The position numbers and the translations under genes are program-made. A stretch of DNA of 53,761 nucleotides, from positions 1 through 53,761 of the forward strand of contig CACYTW010000001.1 of the NCBI GenBank assembly GCA_902777435.1. Reading direction: 5' to 3'. Source of the DNA: an uncultured Ruminococcus sp. (GTDB lineage: Bacteria; Bacillota; Clostridia; Monoglobales; Monoglobaceae). The notes beneath the pieces were generated by a model. It searched no databases and was not told the DNA's origin. It saw only the letters and a list, made by a program, of their open reading frames with translations. The stretch's first letter is position 1; every line of letters begins with the position of its first letter. This document shows positions 1 through 8,484 of this stretch, in pieces.

Positions 1-1602
1 GCCCTCTCCATCGCCAGGGCAACGGACTGCGACGTCGCCGAATAGAAAAGGGTCGTCATACCAAGCCTCTCTGCCGCCCTGCATACCTGCCTCGTCACCA
101 TAATATATTGACGGAACACCAACATATGTCATTTGAATAAACATAGCACACTTCAAACGATAAGTTGCAAGCTCCTCAAGCCCTGAGGACAATTTCTGTT
201 CACCGCACTCTGACTCTAATCCGCCAAAATATGACTTTATACGCATTGTATCGTGAGTTCCGATTAAGTTCATCAGCGAATATCTCACACATATGGGATA
301 GTTCTCCGCAATGGACATAAGTGCTCTGTCCATATCTTCAGCTGATTCTTGTCCTGAAATAAACGCTGTTACATTATCTTTAAAGGGATAATTCATAACG
401 CTGTCAAGTTCATAGCCCAGCAAATACTCCCTTTGCATACTGTATGCAATCTTGTTGGAGGCATCCTCCCAAACTTCACCGATTATTACGGCATCCTCTT
501 TTACCTTTTTGACTTCCTCGCGGAGAATTTGTATAAACTCATCAGGAAGTTCGTCAGCCACGTCGAGCCGCCAGCCTGACGCACCTAATCTCAGCCACCT
601 TTTGATAACTGAGTCATCATCTCTCAATATATAATCCAGGTAAGATGGTTCAAGCTCATCTACATTGGGAAGATTACTGCAGCCCCACCAACTTTCATAT
701 TCCTTATTGTCATTGATTTTATACCAACCTCTGTAAGGCGAGTTCTCATCATTATACGCTCCGCCTTCTCCGTAGTTTCCGTACTTGTTAAAGTATATGC
801 TGTCCGCTCCCGTATGGCTGAACACGCCGTCAAGTATTATCTTAATTCCGTATTCATCAGCCTTTTTGCATAATTCAGAAAAATCTTCTTCTGTGCCGAA
901 CATAGAGTCAATCTCTTTGTAATTGGCTGTGTCATACTTATGATTTGAATATGCATCAAATATGGGATTTAGGTATATCACACCTACCCCAAGTGATTTT
1001 ATATATGGCAGTTTCTTAATTATTCCTTTAAGATTACCGCCGTAGAAATCATTGCAGGCAGGTCCGCTTTCATATGGGTGTCTGTTAAAGGATATGGGTT
1101 CATACTTATCATAATGGACTATATATTCATCACGTTTTTTGTATATTTCTCTGTCCTTATGTTCCCCGTAAAACCTGTCGGGAAATATCTGATACATCAC
1201 TTTTCCGCAAAACCATTCGGGTGTTTTAAAGGCTTTATCATATACTGTTATCTGATAACTTTTTCCGTCATTAAAGTTTTCCAATCTGCCGACTCCGCCC
1301 AAGCCATCACTTGCATTCAAATACCAATATGTTTTATGACTCATATTAATCACAAAGCAATACCACAAAAGGCACGGCACCTCTGGCATCTCTATTTTTG
1401 ACGAATACGAATATACTCCATTTTTTTTCGTTGCGGTCATCGGATATAGCTTTTCGCCCTCATCTGTCCACACTCTGACCATAACACTCTCAGGCAAATC
1501 ACAATCGCTTATATCAATACGCAATGCGACAATATCACCTGTTTTCACCGCTCCGAAAGGACTGCGGAACCTTATATCCTGTGAATTATGATAAACCTTC
1601 AT
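1..1602 (-). CDS. Glycoside hydrolase family 13 protein (neopullulanase/cyclomaltodextrinase-like alpha-glycosidase), C-terminus outside window
   Basis: Open minus-strand frame from ATG at 1602 to the window edge (534 codons). It is absent from the ORF track because the stop lies outside the window. The translation carries GH13 regions: DGVFSHTG, GWRLDVADE, IIGEVWED, LIGTHDT, IYYGDE. Confidence 0.85.
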   Translation of the reverse strand, partial: MKVYHNSQDIRFRSPFGAVKTGDIVALRIDISDCDLPESVMVRVWTDEGEKLYPMTATKKNGVYSYSSKIEMPEVPCLLWYCFVINMSHKTYWYLNASDGLGGVGRLENFNDGKSYQITVYDKAFKTPEWFCGKVMYQIFPDRFYGEHKDREIYKKRDEYIVHYDKYEPISFNRHPYESGPACNDFYGGNLKGIIKKLPYIKSLGVGVIYLNPIFDAYSNHKYDTANYKEIDSMFGTEEDFSELCKKADEYGIKIILDGVFSHTGADSIYFNKYGNYGEGGAYNDENSPYRGWYKINDNKEYESWWGCSNLPNVDELEPSYLDYILRDDDSVIKRWLRLGASGWRLDVADELPDEFIQILREEVKKVKEDAVIIGEVWEDASNKIAYSMQREYLLGYELDSVMNYPFKDNVTAFISGQESAEDMDRALMSIAENYPICVRYSLMNLIGTHDTMRIKSYFGGLESECGEQKLSSGLEELATYRLKCAMFIQMTYVGVPSIYYGDEAGMQGGREAWYDDPFLFGDVAVRCPGDGEG

Positions 1603-1624
1603 ATACTCCAACCCCTGTTTTTGT

Positions 1625-2308
1625 TTAATGTATAAATAAGCATAGGAAAATCGGCATAAATATCGCCGGCACAAAGTTCATTACCTTGTACTTTGAAAGC
1701 CCTATCATATTAAGTGCCAAAGCAATCAGTATAAGAGAGCCTACGCACGACATCTCTGCCACAGCAGCATCGCTCAATACAGGTGCAACCCATTGGGCAA
1801 GCAATGTTATACTCCCCTGATATACCAAGACAAACGCCGCTGAAAACAACACTCCCACACCCAATGAAGACGCAAATAATATTGCAGCAACAAAGTCAAG
1901 TGTGGACTTGGCAAAAAGAATTTCGTGATTTCCCGAAATTCCGCTTTCAAGAGAACCAACAATTGACATTGCCCCTACACAAAACAGCAGACTTGCAGAA
2001 ACAAAGCCCTCTGCAATATTGGACTTTGTATCTCTGCCGCTGACCTTATCACGTACAAGTTCGCCAAGTCGGTTTATCTGCTTATCCAAATCAATCAGCT
2101 CGCCTATAATTGTACCAAATACCATTGACAGTATCAGCACCAATGTGAGTTTGCCATCAGACAAGCCCGAAATTCCTATGTACATTGTACAAAACCCAAG
2201 CGCTGTCATCAAGCCTTTTTCAAGTTTTTGGGGCAAGCCCTTTTTTACAAGCAAACCTATAAGTCCGCCTGCCAATACAGCAATAACATTTACTATTGTA
2301 CCAAGCAT
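1625..2308 (-). CDS. DUF554 family membrane protein
   Basis: ORF 1625..2359. The N-terminus MLGTIVNVIAVLAGGLIGLL is typical of DUF554, so the start was moved to the internal ATG at 2308. Polytopic and hydrophobic. Confidence 0.75.
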   Translation of the reverse strand: MLGTIVNVIAVLAGGLIGLLVKKGLPQKLEKGLMTALGFCTMYIGISGLSDGKLTLVLILSMVFGTIIGELIDLDKQINRLGELVRDKVSGRDTKSNIAEGFVSASLLFCVGAMSIVGSLESGISGNHEILFAKSTLDFVAAILFASSLGVGVLFSAAFVLVYQGSITLLAQWVAPVLSDAAVAEMSCVGSLILIALALNMIGLSKYKVMNFVPAIFMPIFLCLFIH

Positions 2309-2364
2309 TACTATACTTCCTCTCCTCAATTCTAACACAATATCCGTTAAGTGTTTCAAAAAGA

Positions 2365-3288
2365 TTAAATATCAAGGGGAAAATGAATATATATTCCCTC
2401 TTTATCTCTGAACAAATCAAATATCATATTTGTAAAATCTGATATATCCATTTCTGCGACATCCAAATTACATTCTGTGACCTCTCCGCCGCTTATACGG
2501 CAACAGATATTGTTTTCGGCAATTATATCATCTTTTACCCTTATTACAGCTCCGTCCTCTATAAAACCCGCTAACCTTTCAAGCACCGACCTTACGTTTA
2601 TAATCCTTGCCATCAGGGGATAGCTGTTTGTAATCTCTGCTGTCTTTATTCCGAAAGCCTCACTTGCTATCCACTCTCCACCTTCGGGATATAACAGGGC
2701 ATAACCATCTTTGGTCAATGCTATTTGGCCATCTGAGATATTCTTTAATGCATATACAGTCTTTTGCCAATAATCATAGGTTCGGTCAACGTATACAGCC
2801 ACACTCGACATTGCCGACTTATAAATTTTGTCAAGCCTTTCTATAAGTTCACCATCTGTATTTTCGGCATACCTCAAATTCTTATCAGCCAATCTGTGAA
2901 AATTAATATCAAAGTTTTTTGAAAAGCCGAACTTCTCATACATACCGCTTACCGCCGCCACCAAAACGCATATTTCGCAGCCATCTGAATATAACTTCGG
3001 CATTGCATACTCAAATATTTCTCTGACCTTGCCTTTATTTCTGTACTCGGGATATGTGGACACTCCCCATATTCCTCTTGCCGAGAACGGAAGATTTTTT
3101 ATTCGCATAGCAAAAGGAAGCATCTGCATTGCAGATACCACCTTATCATCAACTTCTGCCACAACAGTATTTTCAGAACTATAATTTTTATCAAAGTTCC
3201 AATCCACAAAGGCAGGAGTATCATCAAAACAAACACTCCATAAATCTTTTATTATATGCCGTTCGCTTTCGTATGAAAATCTTGCCAT
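2365..3288 (-). CDS. GNAT family N-acetyltransferase (Eis-like, with C-terminal extension)
   Basis: 307-aa ORF. Acetyl-CoA binding-like segment YPEYRNKGKVREIFEYA followed by MYEKFGF. Confidence 0.65.
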   Translation of the reverse strand: MARFSYESERHIIKDLWSVCFDDTPAFVDWNFDKNYSSENTVVAEVDDKVVSAMQMLPFAMRIKNLPFSARGIWGVSTYPEYRNKGKVREIFEYAMPKLYSDGCEICVLVAAVSGMYEKFGFSKNFDINFHRLADKNLRYAENTDGELIERLDKIYKSAMSSVAVYVDRTYDYWQKTVYALKNISDGQIALTKDGYALLYPEGGEWIASEAFGIKTAEITNSYPLMARIINVRSVLERLAGFIEDGAVIRVKDDIIAENNICCRISGGEVTECNLDVAEMDISDFTNMIFDLFRDKEGIYIHFPLDI

Positions 3289-3300
3289 AATTATATTCTC

Positions 3301-3630
3301 CTAAAAAACAGTTCTTATCAACACCATATAACATACTGTTCCTGCAAGAACACTGAGCAGGGAATTCTTACGCCACATCTGCAAAATCACAACCACTGCA
3401 ACCGAAATCAGTTCAGGCAAGCCGTATGGATATGAGAGAATACTCGTATCCTTCAGGCAATACACCACCAACAATCCCATTATTCCGTAGGGCAATGTGT
3501 TGCTTAAGCGTCTGACAGCCGCAGGAATTTCCTTTCCCTTAGGGAAAGCGATAAATGCAAGTGAGCGAATGAAATATGTAACAATAGCGATAATCGCTAT
3601 ACTGATTACAGAAAAAAGAGTCTTATTCAT
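3301..3630 (-). CDS. azlD: Branched-chain amino acid transport protein AzlD
   Basis: 109-aa hydrophobic ORF that overlaps the upstream azlC-like gene by 8 nt. This is the classic azlCD pair. Confidence 0.75.
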   Translation of the reverse strand: MNKTLFSVISIAIIAIVTYFIRSLAFIAFPKGKEIPAAVRRLSNTLPYGIMGLLVVYCLKDTSILSYPYGLPELISVAVVVILQMWRKNSLLSVLAGTVCYMVLIRTVF

Positions 3631-4339
3631 AATCTTCCTCCTTGGGTTGTCCTACCTTGCCCGACATTAAAACAACAGTAAGGACAAGCATTGCGGGAAT
3701 AACAAAATTATCTGCACCCAATATCAAAATGAATATCAGTGATATTGCAACCCCGAATATTGCGGAGAAATGATTTTTTGCTTCTCGCCATTGGTCTACA
3801 AAAATCGTAACAAAAAGTGCGGTCATTGCAAATTCCATACCACGGCTGTCAAAATTCGCAAGCTCCCCAAGCAACGCACCCGATACACAGCCTATTATCC
3901 AATAGCAATGATTTAAGGCAGACAGCAAAAAGTAGTATGCGTGAAGATGCACGCCCTTATTCTCAGGCTTGCTTGTATCCATTGTGGAAACAAGTGAATA
4001 GGTTTCGTCCGTCAAGGCAAACTGCAAATACCATCTTCCTTTTTTGACCTGTCTGTACTTTTCGAGCATAGACAATCCGTAAAAGAAATATCTTCCGTTA
4101 ATCATAATCGTCATTACTGCGGTAGTAAGAAATGAAACAGCACCTCCAAGCAAGTCAACAGCAACATACTGCATAGAACCGCCAAGAATTGTAAGTCCCA
4201 TTATTCCTGACCATAAAAAATTGTAACCCTCTTTTTGAATTAACACGCCAAATCCCATTCCCATAATGATATATCCTGCCATTATGGGTAGGCTGTCTAT
4301 AAATGCTCTTTTGAATGTTTTTTTGTTCATTTTAAACAC
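3623..4339 (-). CDS. azlC: AzlC family branched-chain amino acid permease component
   Basis: 238-aa polytopic ORF with AzlC-like sequence (PIMAGYIIMGMGFGVL, FALTDETYS). Confidence 0.8.
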   Translation of the reverse strand: MFKMNKKTFKRAFIDSLPIMAGYIIMGMGFGVLIQKEGYNFLWSGIMGLTILGGSMQYVAVDLLGGAVSFLTTAVMTIMINGRYFFYGLSMLEKYRQVKKGRWYLQFALTDETYSLVSTMDTSKPENKGVHLHAYYFLLSALNHCYWIIGCVSGALLGELANFDSRGMEFAMTALFVTIFVDQWREAKNHFSAIFGVAISLIFILILGADNFVIPAMLVLTVVLMSGKVGQPKEEDYE

Positions 4340-4365
4340 TTTTCCTTAATACATCTTTTGTACGT

Positions 4366-4400
4366 GTGAAAAAACCCACTCAAATGAGTGGGTTTTTCAC
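4366..4400 (-). terminator. Rho-independent terminator downstream of tRNA-Thr
   Basis: Hairpin GTGAAAAACCCACTC / GAGTGGGTTTTTCAC with a 4-5 nt loop and a U-rich 3' arm on the minus strand, 18 nt after the tRNA 3' end. Confidence 0.7.
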
Positions 4401-4418
4401 TACGGGTCTGTCTCCGTA

Positions 4419-4494
4419 TGGAGCTGGTAATAGGACTTGAACCTACAACCTGCTGATTACAAATCAGCTGCTCTGCCAATTGAGCTATACCAGC
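4419..4494 (-). tRNA. tRNA-Thr (anticodon TGT)
   Basis: 76-nt cloverleaf: acceptor GCTGGTA/TACCAGC, anticodon stem GCTGA/TCAGC, loop TTTGTAA, T-arm GTAGG-TTCAAGT-CCTAT, encoded CCA. Confidence 0.93.
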
Positions 4495-4521
4495 ACTTAT
4501 TGTTTCACACTGACGGATTAT

Positions 4522-4550
4522 AGAATATCATATTTTATGAGTTTTGTCAA
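4522..4550 (-). promoter_or_regulatory. Candidate sigma-A promoter for tRNA-Thr
   Basis: On the minus strand: TTGACA (4550-4545), 17-nt spacer ending in TGa, then TATTCT (4527-4522). About 25 nt upstream of the tRNA. Confidence 0.5.
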
Positions 4551-4612
4551 GACTTTTTTTCAAAAAAATATATTATTTTAAAAAAATCTGTTTTCAGCTT
4601 GTCCATTCAGGT

Positions 4613-4769
4613 AGGGTGATAGTATAAACCCGAACCGTGATTTTGAAAGGTAAATTTACGTTTTATCTGCGTTAAAATGCTCGGTAATCCGTCAGCCTAT
4701 CAAAGACGACAAGCCGAAAGATGCCTAAATTAATTGTTTTTGGCAGGTTCGGATTTGTACTTTCACCCT
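4613..4769. other. 157-nt element closed by a 24-bp imperfect stem (candidate structured ncRNA, 6S-like, or MITE-like inverted repeat)
   Basis: AGGGTGATAGTATAAACCCGAACC (4613-4636) pairs with GGTTCGGATTTGTACTTTCACCCT (4746-4769), with 21 Watson-Crick pairs plus 1 wobble out of 24 on either strand. It encloses 109 nt of non-coding sequence. Confidence 0.35.
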
Positions 4770-4807
4770 AAACACTGTCCGAATATTTGTCTGTAATTAG
4801 TGTTTAC

Positions 4808-5233
4808 CTAAAATGGCAGTTCTATGTATTCTGATAAGAGTATATATATCAATGCATATATCAGCATTGAATTATCCTCGCAATCATCACCGCTGTCAAG
4901 CATAATCAGAATGAGTGCCACAATCAGCAAATCATCTGCCGACATCACGCCTAACACCTTTCCCGTTTCGGGATTATACAGCGACCTGGGTATAAACTTC
5001 ATCAATGGGTGGTCAGCTTTCTTTTGGGTTAGCTTCTGCTCTGATGCATTTCTTTCTTCTTTAATATCCTCTTTAATATCTGCTTTTTCTTTTACAGGAT
5101 TGTTGTGTACATTTTTTGATTGATTTGGCTTTCTGTTCCCCAAAGGGTTACGGTTCGGCTCAACCGCAGGCGGCGGCTTGTTTACGTTAGGTACCGCACT
5201 TCTTCTTGGCTCATACCGCCTATACATATACAC
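4808..5233 (-). CDS. Hypothetical protein, basic low-complexity N-terminus and hydrophobic/acidic C-terminus
   Basis: 141-aa ORF, last of three co-oriented small ORFs. No family recognised. Confidence 0.5.
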   Translation of the reverse strand: MYMYRRYEPRRSAVPNVNKPPPAVEPNRNPLGNRKPNQSKNVHNNPVKEKADIKEDIKEERNASEQKLTQKKADHPLMKFIPRSLYNPETGKVLGVMSADDLLIVALILIMLDSGDDCEDNSMLIYALIYILLSEYIELPF

Positions 5234-5242
5234 ACCTCCGCA

Positions 5243-5611
5243 TCACATATTTCTGAACGCTTCAATCGCTTTGCCTATACTTAAAAATTTAATGGCATTA
5301 TTTATCTTATCCCTTTTTTCGGGCTTTAAAAGAGGGCTGAGCGACTTCAAAAAGTTTGTTTGCCGTGTTGTCTCCCCATTGTTCATAGCCGACATAATAC
5401 GCTGAATTTTCATCATCATTTCTATGTTATCAGGGTCTATGTTCATTCCAAAATTGTTGTCGGAGGGCTTTTTATCTTCTCTTTTTTCCTCATTCTGTCC
5501 GCCTCCGAGCATTGAGATTATGTCGTTGATTTGCTGTTTTCCCTCGTCGCTGCTGAACATCTCCTGCAGTTTTTCCGCCGCAGCCGAAAGATTCATTTCA
5601 TCTGCCATCAC
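5243..5611 (-). CDS. Hypothetical small K/E/N-rich protein
   Basis: 122-aa ORF, 9 nt upstream of the next ORF. No family recognised. Confidence 0.55.
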   Translation of the reverse strand: MMADEMNLSAAAEKLQEMFSSDEGKQQINDIISMLGGGQNEEKREDKKPSDNNFGMNIDPDNIEMMMKIQRIMSAMNNGETTRQTNFLKSLSPLLKPEKRDKINNAIKFLSIGKAIEAFRNM

Positions 5612-5630
5612 TTCTCACTTCCGTCCATAT

Positions 5631-5897
5631 CTATTTTTTAAATATACTGTTTATTTTGTTCATCAGTTCGGGGTTGTTCGCCATTTGCTTTGCAAGCGCA
5701 GGATTGCTTTTAAGCTCCTTTTGCAAGTCAGCCGTGTTTAAGCTATTCAATTTTTTATTCAATTCACCCTTATCAGTTGTTTTAATCGCCTTCTCCACCT
5801 GTGCTATCTGTTCAGGGCTTAATATACTGTTCATTTTATTAAGCGCGTTTGACAACATTTGCGGATTCATATTCTTAATCATATCTTCTATATTCAT
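5631..5897 (-). CDS. Hypothetical small helical K/N-rich protein
   Basis: ORF 5631..5930. The start was moved to the ATG at 5897, which is preceded by GGAG 8 nt upstream. Confidence 0.55.
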   Translation of the reverse strand: MNIEDMIKNMNPQMLSNALNKMNSILSPEQIAQVEKAIKTTDKGELNKKLNSLNTADLQKELKSNPALAKQMANNPELMNKINSIFKK

Positions 5898-5903
5898 AAT
5901 AAT

Positions 5904-6110
5904 CTCCATTCCGCCGCCCTGCGTCGGCAAAAATTGTAATTAAATTTCTCTTATCCGCAGGGCAAGGAATGATAAGAGATTATTTGGCCCATGTGCGTTT
6001 CCGAGGCAAGTGCCGAGGAAAATTTCGCACGGGCAATTAAATCTGCCGGAGGCATAACGTGAAAGGAACTTTCACGTTATGCTCCATTCCGCCGCATTTA
6101 CGGCTTTTTT
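5904..6110. promoter_or_regulatory. Highly structured intergenic region: three hairpins, tandem CCGAGG, duplicated RBS-containing 14-mer
   Basis: SL1 is 5947-5955/5971-5979. SL2 is 5987-5997/6026-6034, with CCGAGG at 6001 and 6013 in its loop. SL3 is 6048-6085 with a stem of about 17 bp. The 14-mer CTCCATTCCGCCGC occurs at 5904-5917 and 6082-6095. GCCCTGCG (5916-5923) is complementary to CGCAGGGC (5956-5963). Confidence 0.4.
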
Positions 6111-6230
6111 AAATTTTCTATTTACATATTCCCAAAAATGTATTATTATAAATTTATAACGCTTTATAATAATTTATGCAGACACAATAGATTTAGTGAC
6201 AAAATTTAAAATAATTTCAGGAGCAACTAT

Positions 6231-6686
6231 ATGAAAGCACTTATTTTCAGCGACAGCCACGGTATGTCCTCACATATTTGTTGGGCAATAGAAGACAACC
6301 CCGATACCGATTTAATTATTTTTGCAGGCGACGTACACCGCGACATTGAGGAGGTTATGTATGTCTATCCAAGAATTCCTTGTGCTTACGTCCTCGGCAA
6401 TAACGACTATTTTATACACGACATTCCCGACGAAAGATTTTTTGAATTTGGCGGAAAAAAGATTTTTCTTACCCACGGACACAAATACGGCGTTAAACTA
6501 TCGCCTGTCCGCGTTGTATCTGAGGCAAAAAAACGCGGCGCCGATATCTGTATATTCGGGCACACGCACAGCCGATATCTTGATATGGGCGACATATGTG
6601 TTGTAAACCCCGGCTCCGCTCGCACAAGCTATGCTATATTGATAGTAAATAGTGACACCATAAATATTGAACATAAGGATATATAG
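6231..6686 (+). CDS. YfcE/MJ0936-family metallophosphoesterase
   Basis: 151 aa with the motifs SDSHG, GDV, GNND, THGH and GHTH. RBS AGGAG upstream. Confidence 0.85.
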   Translation: MKALIFSDSHGMSSHICWAIEDNPDTDLIIFAGDVHRDIEEVMYVYPRIPCAYVLGNNDYFIHDIPDERFFEFGGKKIFLTHGHKYGVKLSPVRVVSEAKKRGADICIFGHTHSRYLDMGDICVVNPGSARTSYAILIVNSDTINIEHKDI

Positions 6687-6689
6687 AAC

Positions 6690-6714
6690 ATAAGACCTCG
6701 GATTGAGGTCTTAT
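6690..6714. terminator. Bidirectional hairpin terminator between convergent genes
   Basis: ATAAGACCTC-ggatt-GAGGTCTTAT followed by TTTTATT. It overlaps the stop codon of the MarR gene. Confidence 0.7.
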
Positions 6715-7127
6715 TTTATTGCATTATATATTTTATCCATACAGATTTTAAACTGCTCTGCTTCAGTATCTGACAGTGATGATGATATCATATTATGGGT
6801 TTCGCAAATTTTCTCTAAGACTGTCTTTGCAAGCTTTGTTCCCTCGTCTGTCAGCATAACACACTTTACACGCTTGTCGCTTATCAGATATTCGGTACTT
6901 AAATATCCCTTCTTTTCCATTCTTGAGATAATTCCCTGCATTGTCGCCTGAGTCACATTAAAGAATTTTTCAAGGTCCTTCATCAGCACCTTTGCATCAT
7001 TACGATTATACAACTCTATAAGTATCCGCATTTGCGAAGCCGTAATGTTCAAAGCCTTTAACTCGCAGTTCATACGCTTTTCTATCTTCTCACTTATCAT
7101 TTTTATATATTGTGTTAAATTATCCAA
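6711..7127 (-). CDS. MarR family transcriptional regulator
   Basis: 138 aa with a winged-HTH pattern (ITASQMRILIELY ... ATMQGIISRMEKKGYL). Confidence 0.85.
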   Translation of the reverse strand: MDNLTQYIKMISEKIEKRMNCELKALNITASQMRILIELYNRNDAKVLMKDLEKFFNVTQATMQGIISRMEKKGYLSTEYLISDKRVKCVMLTDEGTKLAKTVLEKICETHNMISSSLSDTEAEQFKICMDKIYNAIK

Positions 7128-7158
7128 GCACTACACCGCCCATAGCATAAGTAATATT

Positions 7159-8484
7159 TTATTTATATAAAATATTACTCTCTTCTTTTTCTTTTGCGTT
7201 TTCTGTAACCGTAGTTTCTTCAAGTGACCGTCTTGCGTTCGCAAGCATCAGCTTAAGTCTGTTTTCTTGATTTACTCTGCTTGCCCCTGCGTCATAATCC
7301 ACCGCAACTATATTTACATCAGGTCTGATTTCCTTTATAGGCTTCATCATGCCCTTACCGCATATGTGGTTTGGCAAGCAACCAAAGGGCTGTGTGCAGA
7401 CTATGTTCTTGCAACCTGTCTCGGACAGTTCAAACATCTCTGCCGTAAGCAGCCAACCCTCGCCCATTTTTACCGCCACATTTATTACGTCGTCGGCTAT
7501 ATGTACGATTTCCTCAAATGGTGTCCAGCCTTTGAAGTCGCTGTGCTTTTGTATTAACTCGCTTATTTCGTTTTTCTTTTTACTCACATAATTATAAGCA
7601 ATTTTATACAACGCATAAACCTTTTTACCTCTTCCGTACAGCTTATAGTCTATTATTTGGTTGTATATAGAGAACAGACAAAAGTCTATCAATCCCGGGA
7701 CAACAACCTCTGCCCCCTCTTGAACCAGGAAGTTCTCCAATCCGTTGTTACCGAGAGGCGAATACTTAACAAATATCTCTCCCACTACGCCGACCTTTAC
7801 CTTTGGTGTTTTTCTCATTTTAATTAAATCAAATTCCTTTATGATTTCCACATAGTTTTTCTTTATATCCTTATATCTGACCTTGGTGGAATTGCCAAGC
7901 TCCTTGCCCAATCTTGATGTCCACTTTTCAGAAAGTCTTTCTGCGTCGCCCTTGTTTATCTCATAGGGCTTTACCTGATTGACAAGGCTCATCAGCAAAT
8001 CACCATAGTATACTGCATACATCATACTGCGGAGCATTCCCACAGACAGCTTAAACCCAGGATGATGCTCTATACCTGCAAGGCTGAATGATATAACGGG
8101 AACATACTCCATCCCTGCCTTCTTCAACGCCTTTCTGATAAGAGAAATATAGTTGGATGCACGACAGCCGCCGCCTGTCTGGAACATTATAAGTGCAGTC
8201 TTATGTGTGTCATACTTTCCCGACAGCAACGCCTGTATAAACTGTCCTATAACCAAAATCGCAGGATAGCAGGTATCGTTATGGGTATATTTAAGTCCCG
8301 TTTCGGCTATCTCAGGCCCCGACGTTTCCAACAACTCCATATTAAAACCGTGGGTTTTAAATATGCTGATCATCAACTTAAAGTGAGTCGGAAGCATATT
8401 GGGAACAAGTATGGTATAATCCTTTTTCATTTCCTCAGTAAATGGAACAAAACTTTTATCTTGCATTTTATTCACCGTCCTCAA
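7159..8484 (-). CDS. 2-hydroxyacyl-CoA dehydratase-family / activase-associated protein
   Basis: 441 aa, overlaps the upstream activase gene by 17 nt. Cys-containing motifs (GGGCRASNY, CTQPFGCLPNH) are typical of partners of BcrAD/BadFG-type activases. Confidence 0.7.
   Translation of the reverse strand: MRTVNKMQDKSFVPFTEEMKKDYTILVPNMLPTHFKLMISIFKTHGFNMELLETSGPEIAETGLKYTHNDTCYPAILVIGQFIQALLSGKYDTHKTALIMFQTGGGCRASNYISLIRKALKKAGMEYVPVISFSLAGIEHHPGFKLSVGMLRSMMYAVYYGDLLMSLVNQVKPYEINKGDAERLSEKWTSRLGKELGNSTKVRYKDIKKNYVEIIKEFDLIKMRKTPKVKVGVVGEIFVKYSPLGNNGLENFLVQEGAEVVVPGLIDFCLFSIYNQIIDYKLYGRGKKVYALYKIAYNYVSKKKNEISELIQKHSDFKGWTPFEEIVHIADDVINVAVKMGEGWLLTAEMFELSETGCKNIVCTQPFGCLPNHICGKGMMKPIKEIRPDVNIVAVDYDAGASRVNQENRLKLMLANARRSLEETTVTENAKEKEESNILYK

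Noticed and set aside
6040-6094. 16-codon ORF (MEHNVKVPFTLCLRQI) starting at the duplicated RBS segment
   Set aside because: It lies inside the long hairpin and is most simply explained as a by-product of the duplicated GGAATGGAG sequence.
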